The notes below the pieces were generated by a model. It saw nothing but the letters and a program-made list of their open reading frames with translations. It had not been told where the DNA came from and did no database searches. From positions 1 to 47,051 of IMG/VR virus record IMGVR_UViG_3300025782_000021: 47,051 nt of DNA; one strand, written 5' to 3'. A program made the translations under genes and the position numbers. Shown here one piece after another: positions 17,627-25,816 of the stretch; within the stretch, counting starts at the first letter, position 1; every line of letters starts with the position of its first letter. Origin of the DNA: a virus. Lineage: Duplodnaviria; Caudoviricetes.

Positions 17627-17974
17627 TTATGCTTTAGCCAAATACGGATCAACTAAATCAACGTCAGAATCCAAAGTTCCTGTAACGTCTTTATCGTTAA
17701 TCATTCGATACTGTTTGCCATCTTTACCAAGGTAAAGCAAACCAGCATACTTAGCAAAGATAATCTTATCTCCAACTTTGCACCAAGGTGTGGGTTCATC
17801 TGAGTAGCATTGATCACCAATGGCTACAACGATGCCTGTAGTGTTACCCATTTGTTCTCGGGCTTCAGTTGTTTCTGTAGTCAGGATAATCCCACCAGCA
17901 GAAACCTTTTTGACTTCTTGTGGCTTAACAAGAACTCGCCACCCAACAGGGTTAATTCCAGACTCATTGCTCAT
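17627..17974 (-). CDS. groES: Co-chaperonin GroES (Cpn10)
   Basis: PVGWRVLVK, GGIIL, G.VVAIG, VGDKIIFAKYAG, IND.DV motifs. Confidence 0.92.
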   Translation of the reverse strand: MSNESGINPVGWRVLVKPQEVKKVSAGGIILTTETTEAREQMGNTTGIVVAIGDQCYSDEPTPWCKVGDKIIFAKYAGLLYLGKDGKQYRMINDKDVTGTLDSDVDLVDPYLAKA

Positions 17975-18191
17975 TTGGGGCTACCTTTGCTTCAAACAGA
18001 TCTTCATACTCTAGGTTAAGGATAATGGCGATTGCTCGACACCGACCTTTAACTTCTGCCTCATCTTCGTAAGAGTGGTTAACTAAACCCTCTTTCATTG
18101 CTTCTCTATCTTCACTTAGTAATCTCATTAATCTAGAAGTGACTGGATGGAATTTCCATTCTTCAAAGTTTTCTTTAGTTACAACTTCCAA
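17964..18191 (-). CDS. Hypothetical protein downstream of portal
   Basis: 75 aa, FEEWK.HPVT; TTG start with AAGGAG RBS. Confidence 0.65.
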   Translation of the reverse strand: MEVVTKENFEEWKFHPVTSRLMRLLSEDREAMKEGLVNHSYEDEAEVKGRCRAIAIILNLEYEDLFEAKVAPNEQ

Positions 18192-18205
18192 TTTTTACTC
18201 CTTAC

Positions 18206-20290
18206 TTACATTGGTTGTGCCATCTGAGGCATTGGCGATTGTGCCATATCCTCAGCTCCTCCCTGACCTGCATCAGCAGCCATACGAGCATAAACATCGT
18301 TCATAGTCTTAATAGCCCCTAACACACCCTCTCTACGCTCACGCTGCAAAGCGATCTGCATATTGATCTCTTGAATACGCATCTTCTCACCTTCAGTAGC
18401 AATACCAATTTTGATTGCTTCTGCTTCGGCTTGTAGCTTCTGAATCTGGGCTTGATTAAGTTCAGCCTCAGACATAAGCTTGAGAAGGGCCATTTTCATA
18501 TCTAACTGGTCAGAAGCTTGCTTGGCTTGCAACTTCATTTGCTCAATCTGTACCTTCGGATTAACTGGTGGAGGTACAGCGTTAGGTCCTTTAGGATCTG
18601 GAAGAATCTTGTCAATGTTAGGAACCTTCAAAGCCTTCAAGTAAGTAACTTCAGCTTCGTAACGGTTATACAAACCAGGGGTATTACCCACACGCATAGC
18701 AATAGCGTTGGCTTGAGCTAGACGTTGAGCATCGGAAGTGATGCTTGGATCAGCAGAAGGCATAACGTCAGTTACTGGGCCTTCATAGTCGCTAGCCAAA
18801 ATAATACCGTTGCTCTTAGCGTCAGACACGTAGGGAGTATTCTCGTTAATAAAGATTTGGTTTAAACGATACAGCTTACGGAACTCTTGTTTTAAAGAAC
18901 GGTGAGTACGTTTAAAGATACCGTTAAAGATCTTCATACCTTGTTCTGCCATAGTACGGGTAGTCTCAGCAGGAGTATTCTGACCAGGGTTTTGACCTTG
19001 AAGAATATCTACAGCACCGCTAATGCGTTCGCCATAGTTAATCAACAAGCTCAACAGGGTAAACAAAACTTGAGAAGGTTCACGTACGGGAAGAGGTACG
19101 ATACCTTTACGCAAGTCATCTCCAGTGGTATCAACGTGTTTCCACTCAAGAGGATTAAAGTTGTAGTTACCACCACGCAGCTTAATACCACGGCTAAGGA
19201 AACCACCAGCAGTGTTCTGCATAGTACCAGTATCAATTAACTGGTTGATCAAGGTATTGATAGACTCATTCAATGGGCCTAACAACACACCAAAGCCTAA
19301 ATCATAGAAACCACCATCGGGAGATGGAATGAAAGGATACTTAGTAAAGTATTGCTCTGCTTTGATACTAAGAATAGTTCCTTGCTTATTGCGTTCAACA
19401 TCTTTCTCAGTGTATCGAGCAACAATACGAGCAACCTTTTTATTGTCTCTACGGACATAAACGATATAGGGTTCGGCATATCCGTCATCATCTAAGTCAA
19501 TGTGGCAATGTTGTTCTAAGATCTCAACAGGAGTGCTTGAGTCATTAGACTGAGGAGGCATCAAGCCTTGAGCTTTATCTTGAGCAGCTTGTAAACCAGA
19601 ACCCAAAGACAAGTAAGAGTCTTGTTGGCGTTGGCCTTCAGATACATCAATCCAGAGTCCACGAGCTACACGTTCGTAGATCTCGTTCTTATTCATCTGG
19701 AGGATATGGGTTACCCGAGAAGCAGTCTCTAAGCTCTTTGTCCAATAGTTGACTACTAAGTCTTTAGCTAGGACGTTCTCGGATATGTTGTGCTTCTTGA
19801 TGGGATCATAGTAGGTCTTCTTAAAAGCACAGCCAACAATAGGCTGAGTAATAAGAACCTTATCCATTTCGGATTCCCAGTCTTCATCTTCTTCCAAGAG
19901 CTGATAGCTCATGTGTTGTTCTACACGAGTAGCTCTCAAAGCACGTAAACCATCTTTGTCATCACCAACAACACGGCACTTAACAGGCAGGTCACTGTCA
20001 ATCAGGACAGGGTAACTACGAGCGTGATACTGAAGTGCAGCAATAGTAATGAGGGGGAATTTAACATTGGAAGCATTAGCCCAAGGAAAGTTTTTAGTCT
20101 CTGCAACTTGTAGGGCAAGCTTAAGAGAAGTCTCAGTACGCTTTTCCCAAGTCATGCGTGAGTTAAGGTCTGTATCAAAGTCTTTTACGACCCACATACC
20201 AATCGTAGACAAGTCCTCAGCACAGAGCTTCTCAGCAATGTTGGACTCATACATAAGATCTTTAATATCAAACTTCTCTTTTAAATTCAT
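18206..20290 (-). CDS. Portal protein
   Basis: 694 aa after TerL; K.FPW.NASNV..P.I..AALQ..AR, G.AFKK.Y.D; C-terminal coiled-coil barrel. Confidence 0.88.
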   Translation of the reverse strand: MNLKEKFDIKDLMYESNIAEKLCAEDLSTIGMWVVKDFDTDLNSRMTWEKRTETSLKLALQVAETKNFPWANASNVKFPLITIAALQYHARSYPVLIDSDLPVKCRVVGDDKDGLRALRATRVEQHMSYQLLEEDEDWESEMDKVLITQPIVGCAFKKTYYDPIKKHNISENVLAKDLVVNYWTKSLETASRVTHILQMNKNEIYERVARGLWIDVSEGQRQQDSYLSLGSGLQAAQDKAQGLMPPQSNDSSTPVEILEQHCHIDLDDDGYAEPYIVYVRRDNKKVARIVARYTEKDVERNKQGTILSIKAEQYFTKYPFIPSPDGGFYDLGFGVLLGPLNESINTLINQLIDTGTMQNTAGGFLSRGIKLRGGNYNFNPLEWKHVDTTGDDLRKGIVPLPVREPSQVLFTLLSLLINYGERISGAVDILQGQNPGQNTPAETTRTMAEQGMKIFNGIFKRTHRSLKQEFRKLYRLNQIFINENTPYVSDAKSNGIILASDYEGPVTDVMPSADPSITSDAQRLAQANAIAMRVGNTPGLYNRYEAEVTYLKALKVPNIDKILPDPKGPNAVPPPVNPKVQIEQMKLQAKQASDQLDMKMALLKLMSEAELNQAQIQKLQAEAEAIKIGIATEGEKMRIQEINMQIALQRERREGVLGAIKTMNDVYARMAADAGQGGAEDMAQSPMPQMAQPM

Positions 20291-20292
20291 AT

Positions 20293-21849
20293 TTAGTACC
20301 CACAGATTGCAGAACGACCTGAGTCGATGTCATTACTTTCACGAATATAAGCCTCGTACTCTTCTTCTTCGAGTTCCTTCTCAGTTGGAGCTTCCCACAT
20401 CTTATCGAGCATCAATCCCAGGTATGCCCAAGCGTCAACCTGGTCATCGTGCTTATCTCTAGGAAATCTGAGCAGCTCATCTTCAAAGTCCTGATACCAT
20501 TCAGCTTCTTTATCAAATCGACAGGCTCCACTTCTCATACGGGCTTGGATACTTCTAGCACGGGTGAGTTTATCGCCGCTTGGTTTTAACAACACTGTGT
20601 TAATGAACTCACCACGCTTAAGCATCTCCTCATTGAGATACGGGCCTATGGCCTTCTGAATAGTACCCTGTTCGAGTCCAAAGAGTACGGGCTTATAAAT
20701 CTTTTGAAGCATCAGGATTGTATCCACAATTTCTAATGCGTCCATACGTTGTTTAACAACGTGTACACAATACAACTTACCTTCGTCATCCATACCACCA
20801 ACAACAAAAGCTGAATAGTCAGCCTTTTGGGATTGAGATACAGCCAAGTCACAGGTGGCGTAATAGACAAGTTTCTTCTTCTTGTCTTCTGTTTTCATTG
20901 GTGTAAAGTCAGATTTTTTAAAGAAGGTATCGGTTATATCTAAAGGAATGTTTAACATTTCTTGGGAATACACGTCAGCTAAACCCTGACGTACATAATC
21001 TTCTTTAAGCATTCTAAACTCAGTAGCCGACTTCATTTCAGGCCAGAGCAGGGTTTTAAAGTCGTCAGTATGAGCACGATACTTAACAGACTTCCAAGGT
21101 AATTTATTCTCAGAGTATTCTTTTAAGTCTTCACGAATAAGACTTTTATAGCCCCTATGGGCTACCAACTGAGAAGCTGGCATTAAGTTCTCTAAGAGAG
21201 AATCCAAATGAAGGATAGTCCCAACAATACGAATTTTGCCAGAAGATGAGATACAAGGAATAAGAGCACCATAGAACCAACGTTTGAACTTCATACGTCG
21301 TTCTTTGTTCATAACAATCTCGTCATTCTCCATATCGTCACCGATGATTAGATCAGGACGTAAGTTAGCCCACTTAAGACCCCGTAGCTTTTGCTCAGAA
21401 CCTTTAGCTTGTATACGGAACGTATACCCGTCTGTCATCTCAACAATTAAGTCATCCTCAGTATCTTTGGGGAATGGACCTTCTTTGATACCAAACAAAG
21501 ACCTTAGATCATCATTGTCTAGGATCTCTTTTTTAATGTCCCCAAGGAACTGTATAGCTTGGGATACAGTGTCACTGACAATTAAGACGTACCTAGACTC
21601 TCTAAAGAGAACTGAAGCTAGGGTATACGAGTGAGTAACCGCTGTACTCTTGGCGTGATAACGAGGAGCAGCTATGGCTACTTGTTTACTGTTACTAGTA
21701 ACAAGTTCCCAGATCTCTTTGTGGAACTGAGGAGTAGCTGCAGGTTTATCAAAGTTCTTACGGAGGATAGAGTTAACAAACCCTTCCATCACTTCTGGGT
21801 TTAACTTGCTTACAGGAGGCTGTTCTATTGTAGAACCCAGTTTAGCCAT
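20293..21849 (-). CDS. terL: Terminase large subunit
   Basis: APRYHAKST Walker A-like, LIIGDD.E Walker B, VGT coupling motif, DLA...ADYSA and FP..KHDDQVDA nuclease motifs. Confidence 0.95.
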   Translation of the reverse strand: MAKLGSTIEQPPVSKLNPEVMEGFVNSILRKNFDKPAATPQFHKEIWELVTSNSKQVAIAAPRYHAKSTAVTHSYTLASVLFRESRYVLIVSDTVSQAIQFLGDIKKEILDNDDLRSLFGIKEGPFPKDTEDDLIVEMTDGYTFRIQAKGSEQKLRGLKWANLRPDLIIGDDMENDEIVMNKERRMKFKRWFYGALIPCISSSGKIRIVGTILHLDSLLENLMPASQLVAHRGYKSLIREDLKEYSENKLPWKSVKYRAHTDDFKTLLWPEMKSATEFRMLKEDYVRQGLADVYSQEMLNIPLDITDTFFKKSDFTPMKTEDKKKKLVYYATCDLAVSQSQKADYSAFVVGGMDDEGKLYCVHVVKQRMDALEIVDTILMLQKIYKPVLFGLEQGTIQKAIGPYLNEEMLKRGEFINTVLLKPSGDKLTRARSIQARMRSGACRFDKEAEWYQDFEDELLRFPRDKHDDQVDAWAYLGLMLDKMWEAPTEKELEEEEYEAYIRESNDIDSGRSAICGY

Positions 21850-22360
21850 TTGTTATTTCTTTAGCTACAACGTCTATAGGCTTCTGAGAAGCAAACCTAG
21901 CAAACTCCTCTGAGAGTTTAAGAAGACGATCATCAATGGTCTTCTCTAGTTCTTCCTTTAAGGGAGCTTCACGGATCTTTTCTTGCTTAGACATGAGGTC
22001 AGTTGTAATCTTCAAAGCTACGTGAGCCTTAACAGGAACCCTGACAATCTCTCCAGTCTTCTGATCAAACTGAGCATCACCTAGATCTAAACGATCTTCA
22101 ACAGTCTTAAGAGCTTTGTCTACAACCCTTTTGAGGTTGGAGTCCATCTGCTGTACATCTTCAGCTTGTAGCTGGAGACAATACTCTTTAAACCATTCTT
22201 GTTGCTTCCAGAGCTTAAGAGTAGGAAGAGGTACACCAGTAACCAAAGCAGTCTCAGTCATACTGCCTAACATCAAGTACGTACTGACAGCTTGAAGCTT
22301 CTGGTTCTGTGTCCAGACAGACTTCTTATACCGGCTATCTCTAGATGTTTTACGTCGCAT
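21842..22360 (-). CDS. Putative terminase small subunit
   Basis: N-terminal HTH (TA..TGVP..TL..WK...W); overlaps the TerL start. Confidence 0.65.
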   Translation of the reverse strand: MRRKTSRDSRYKKSVWTQNQKLQAVSTYLMLGSMTETALVTGVPLPTLKLWKQQEWFKEYCLQLQAEDVQQMDSNLKRVVDKALKTVEDRLDLGDAQFDQKTGEIVRVPVKAHVALKITTDLMSKQEKIREAPLKEELEKTIDDRLLKLSEEFARFASQKPIDVVAKEITNG

Positions 22361-22375
22361 GTTACTTCTTTCCAG

Positions 22376-22543
22376 CTATCGCTTCTTAGCAGTCTTAGCA
22401 GACTCTTTAAACGCTTTAGCAGTAGGAGCACCCTTAGTCCCAGGAGTACGCATCTTCTCCCCAGAACCTTTGGCTATACGCTTCTTCTTGGCATGTATGT
22501 TGGCATACAAGCCTTTAGGCTTAGAACCAGTGTTAATGGGCAT
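22376..22543 (-). CDS. Small basic protein (55 aa, below the ORF track size cut-off)
   Basis: Hand translation MPINTGSKPKGLYANIHAKKKRIAKGSGEKMRTPGTKGAPTAKAFKESAKTAKKR; resembles a family I recall from aquatic phages. Confidence 0.75.
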   Translation of the reverse strand: MPINTGSKPKGLYANIHAKKKRIAKGSGEKMRTPGTKGAPTAKAFKESAKTAKKR

Positions 22544-22563
22544 TGCTTAACCCTTCTTTCCAA

Positions 22564-22818
22564 TTAGCATTTCCACTTCTTAAGAGCTTTATTGATACGA
22601 GAATCTGGATCTTTAGCCTTAGCTGTACCAGTTAACTTCTTCTTCATACCAGTCATACGAGCACAGAAGGAATCCTTACGACTACCACCTTCAGGTTGAG
22701 GTGGTTTAAGGTTATGACCTTCCTTCTTGGCAGAAGCTCTGCCTTTAGCATTGAGTCCACCTGAAGGGGACTTACCTTCTTTACGTTGCCAAGCTGGTGA
22801 TTTTTTACCTGTAGCCAT
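22564..22818 (-). CDS. Small basic conserved phage protein, first late gene
   Basis: PAWQRKEGK...GGLNAKGRAS...SFCARM.GM...SRINKAL..W.C; AAGGA RBS. Confidence 0.8.
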   Translation of the reverse strand: MATGKKSPAWQRKEGKSPSGGLNAKGRASAKKEGHNLKPPQPEGGSRKDSFCARMTGMKKKLTGTAKAKDPDSRINKALKKWKC

Positions 22819-22831
22819 AGTGGTTCCTTGT

Positions 22832-22908
22832 AAGGTGGGTACTCGCTGCGTCTGGCGTCTCTTTATGTGCCCTGTCTAGAACAAGTAACCAGCATCCGCT
22901 TTCCCCTT
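22832..22908 (-). ncRNA. Candidate structured leader RNA of the late operon
   Basis: Long imperfect hairpin AAGGGG-AAA-GC..CUGG / CCAG..GC-GAGUA-CCCACCUU between the promoter and the first RBS. Confidence 0.4.
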
Positions 22909-22916
22909 GGGACTGA

Positions 22917-22944
22917 AATGTACCACACTAAAATATCTTTGCAA
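22917..22944 (-). promoter_or_regulatory. Candidate sigma70 promoter for the late arm
   Basis: TTGCAA-16 nt-TACATT with a TG extended -10. Confidence 0.5.
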
Positions 22945-22971
22945 GTGTCACAAATACGACAACCAAGGGGC

Positions 22972-23002
22972 TTGACAAGAATTGGCAGCTCTTGGATATA
23001 AT
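22972..23002 (+). promoter_or_regulatory. Candidate sigma70 promoter
   Basis: Perfect TTGACA and TATAAT hexamers, 19 nt spacer. Confidence 0.6.
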
Positions 23003-23091
23003 TACTGTATTCTTTTTTCTTTTTACCGTTTTTCTATTTTTCTTGTTCAGGTATATCTATAGTAGTAGGTGTACGTAGTACACAAGTATGT

Positions 23092-23114
23092 AAGGTCCGT
23101 AAGGACCTTTTTTA
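23092..23114 (+). terminator. Intrinsic terminator
   Basis: AAGGTCC-GTAA-GGACCTT followed by a T-run. Confidence 0.7.
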
Positions 23115-23288
23115 TTGTTTATCACAAACACACTTGCGAGTCCTGTAAGGACGAGCACCTCTTAGCCCTACGGGTGTACAGAGTCTAAGAACCCCCCCTT
23201 GTTTTAAAAGTTGTAGCAGCGTTACGGATTGCTATAAATCTAAAAACAACAACAACATATTTCCCCTCCCCCCACCTCAGGATACTAG

Positions 23289-23300
23289 GTTACTAGTAAC
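23289..23300. repeat. Dispersed palindrome GTTACTAGTAAC (representative copy; ~22 exact or near copies genome-wide)
   Basis: Exact GTT[A/C]CTAGTAAC or reverse complement at 4367, 6267, 13539, 14626, 17564, 21691, 23289, 24425, 34017, 41151, 41727. Confidence 0.9.
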
Positions 23301-23365
23301 AACTATAACTAAACAATAGTATCCCTAGCTGTAATACTTACCTCAGTACAGCTAACTCTATATAG

Positions 23366-23385
23366 TTATCCACAGGTTATCCACA
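23366..23385 (+). promoter_or_regulatory. Two tandem perfect DnaA boxes (TTATCCACA)
   Basis: TTATCCACA at 23366-23374 and 23377-23385 in the large non-coding region. Confidence 0.7.
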
Positions 23386-23821
23386 GTTATGTTTGGTGGT
23401 ATATAGCACCCCTATATCTATCAACAACTTATCTCCCCCCACACATAGATTGTTGATCATCTATGTTATACCTCCGCTAAGGCTGTTTATAGCCCCCACA
23501 GTGAGTCGTTTGACCTGTGTTGATACCTCGACCTATGTCTCACTCTTCAAGCTGTTTAACTGCCGTCTACATCTGACCGTGACACTTAGTTCCTCTATAC
23601 TGCGCTCCAGCCCCTAGTTCTGTTAAGTGCTCCGGCTTCGCCCTAGCCCGTCTCACGCCAGTCGTCCTTCGTCCTTTGTGGCATTCCCCGTGCGACCTGT
23701 TCCGCTGCTGTGGGTTTAGGGCTTCCGCTTGGTTAAGTTGGCTCGACGCTTTTCACCCTCTCTTTTGTGAGAGGGATGAAAACCCTCTCGCTTAATCAAC
23801 TTAACTTAGAGGAACTTTCAA

Positions 23822-24055
23822 ATGTCTCAATCAAACTTCGACTTCAATCAGTTCAACATCATGACTGAACGTAAGCCTGCCGGTCTTCAGATCTTCTTGG
23901 CACAGCAGTTGCTCTCCAACGCTCTGTGGTCTATGGAGAAGTACGATAACCCACACTGCGATGCACTTGCTGATGCACTCAACGCTGTCAAGGTCATTCG
24001 TGCAACTATGAAAGCAGAGGCTGCACAACGTGCTGTTGGTACTGCTACTCTCTAA
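23822..24055 (+). CDS. Hypothetical protein, first early gene
   Basis: 77 aa, GAGG RBS, followed by a terminator. Confidence 0.75.
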   Translation: MSQSNFDFNQFNIMTERKPAGLQIFLAQQLLSNALWSMEKYDNPHCDALADALNAVKVIRATMKAEAAQRAVGTATL

Positions 24056-24062
24056 CCTTCCA

Positions 24063-24091
24063 ATGGGGACTTAGTTCCCCATCTTTTATTT
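24063..24091 (+). terminator. Intrinsic terminator
   Basis: ATGGGGA-CTTAGT-TCCCCAT followed by CTTTTATTT. Confidence 0.7.
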
Positions 24092-24108
24092 ATCTATCGG
24101 AGATTATC

Positions 24109-24216
24109 ATGGACAAATTCTTATCCTTTATGAGAGATTTAGGTTACGCATTAGTAATCGTTGCCTTCATTTCATTCCCTGCTGCTTTATTAATGATTAA
24201 CGATATTCATGCCTGA
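24109..24216 (+). CDS. Small single-TM protein (35 aa, below the ORF track size cut-off)
   Basis: MDKFLSFMRDLGYALVIVAFISFPAALLMINDIHA; GGAG RBS; overlaps the next start. Confidence 0.6.
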   Translation: MDKFLSFMRDLGYALVIVAFISFPAALLMINDIHA

Positions 24217-24496
24217 TTATCACGCTGTATATCTCAACGGAGATGCTGTTGTCAGAACTGCTGATAATGGCATCTCAGAGCTTGAATGGAAATATGGATG
24301 CAGGATATTACCTCTGGAGTTAACTAGAGAACAACCTATCTTGCATTATCTACGCTCTAATGGATACAACGTCCTCAATAGAGATGAATGGAAACAATTC
24401 ATAGATGACTTCGATGACGACTATGTTCCTAGTAACAGATTCATTAGTACTATCCATGTCCCTGACAAATGGGATTGGAAACCAGAGATCTACTAA
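24209..24496 (+). CDS. Hypothetical protein
   Basis: 95 aa ORF in the early arm. Confidence 0.6.
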   Translation: MPDYHAVYLNGDAVVRTADNGISELEWKYGCRILPLELTREQPILHYLRSNGYNVLNRDEWKQFIDDFDDDYVPSNRFISTIHVPDKWDWKPEIY

Positions 24497-24644
24497 TGAC
24501 GCTCACTCCCGCAAGTCCACCGCCACCTCTGGTGGCATTGGCCTCGCAAGTCGTTCGCTTCAATTCTTCAATCGGGCTAGCACCCGCCGCTTTGCGGGGC
24601 GGCGTGCGGCTGCGCCCTCTTCTTTATTTTTATAGGAGTTAGTT

Positions 24645-25079
24645 ATGGGTTTAGATATGTATCTCACAGCAAAACGTTTTGTTCGTGATTGGGATGAACA
24701 AGATAATGAACTTAATGAATCAATTAAAAAGTTAGATCTTCCGTATCGAGTACAACTACTGGAGATGGAAGCTATGTATTGGCGTAAAGCCAATGCTATC
24801 CATAAATGGTTTGTAGATAATGTTCAGAACGGTATAGATAACTGTGCTGAGTATTTTGTAGATCGTACAAAGTTATCAGAGCTATTAGAACTATGCAAGA
24901 TTGTTAAATCAGATCCAGAGACTGCTAAGAAATTACTTCCAACTACAAGTGGTTTCTTCTTTGGTAATACTGGATACGATGACTTCTACTGGGGAGACAT
25001 TGATTTAACTATAGATGCTTTGGAGAAAGCACTACAACAAAACGATAGAACAGAGTTCTTTTACTCATCATCTTGGTAA
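24645..25079 (+). CDS. Conserved phage protein (MGLDMYL...YWRKANAIH.WF type)
   Basis: Also LLPT.SGFFFG...YD..Y and terminal Y.SSW motifs; AGGAG RBS. Confidence 0.85.
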   Translation: MGLDMYLTAKRFVRDWDEQDNELNESIKKLDLPYRVQLLEMEAMYWRKANAIHKWFVDNVQNGIDNCAEYFVDRTKLSELLELCKIVKSDPETAKKLLPTTSGFFFGNTGYDDFYWGDIDLTIDALEKALQQNDRTEFFYSSSW

Positions 25080-25095
25080 ACATTAGGAGAAAGCT

Positions 25096-25290
25096 ATGGG
25101 AAAGTGGAAACAATTAGTTAGCGATGTCTATGATGACTACGAAATTATGGTTAACATCTCAGACCCCTACATTGAAGAGCTAATGGCTGATGCTCCAGTA
25201 GCACCGCCACCAACAGAACAAGAGTTAGAAGAAATGAACAAAGCGTATCTACTCAAGTATCCCGATGCGGATCTTGATCTTCCTTTCTAA
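25096..25290 (+). CDS. Small acidic hypothetical protein
   Basis: AGGAG RBS; ends ...DLDLPF. Confidence 0.65.
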   Translation: MGKWKQLVSDVYDDYEIMVNISDPYIEELMADAPVAPPPTEQELEEMNKAYLLKYPDADLDLPF

Positions 25291-25364
25291 GCAAAGTTCT
25301 TTCAGATCCCATTGGCAACAGTGGGATGTGGAGGCAATTTTGCCTGTTTAAGTTAGGAAATAGT

Positions 25365-25811
25365 ATGGAAGAAACAGACGTTTCAACTCTCTATTCTGCT
25401 GCTACTGAAGCTTTGGTCTCAGAGACTTCAGCTACTAGCACTTTCGAGAAGATGATCAGTGTTGCTTATTCACATAGCACACCAGAGACCTTCGAGAAAG
25501 AAGTTAAAGAGACTGAGAAGATCATCAAAAAAGAGTTTGACATCGGTGCTATGCCTGGCTCTTGGAGATCAGCTAAAGCTGTGATTCAAGGTGCTATGAA
25601 GCTTGGTATCGGACTCATTGATGACAACGGCAAGTATTGCGGTAAAACCTACCTGCAAAGCAAGATCAAAGAGATGAAGATCGACAAGAAAGAACCAATG
25701 ACTGATGAGAAATACGCTCAGAAGGTCATTGATCTGTTGATCAAAGTTCCTGATGATATTGATGGTACTCGTGTCTACACATTGGTTAAAGACTTCCTGT
25801 ACGGTAAGTAA
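25365..25811 (+). CDS. Hypothetical protein
   Basis: AGGA RBS before MEETDV; phage-like codon usage. Confidence 0.7.
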   Translation: MEETDVSTLYSAATEALVSETSATSTFEKMISVAYSHSTPETFEKEVKETEKIIKKEFDIGAMPGSWRSAKAVIQGAMKLGIGLIDDNGKYCGKTYLQSKIKEMKIDKKEPMTDEKYAQKVIDLLIKVPDDIDGTRVYTLVKDFLYGK

Positions 25812-25816
25812 CAACC

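Noticed and set aside
23134-23160. Hammerhead-like GA-GTCC-TGTAA-GGAC-GA stem
   Set aside because: The core reads CTTGCGA/GAGC instead of CTGATGA/GAAA, and I found no supporting stems I and III.
23393-23617. 74-aa + strand ORF in the control region
   Set aside because: No RBS, atypical composition, non-ATG start.
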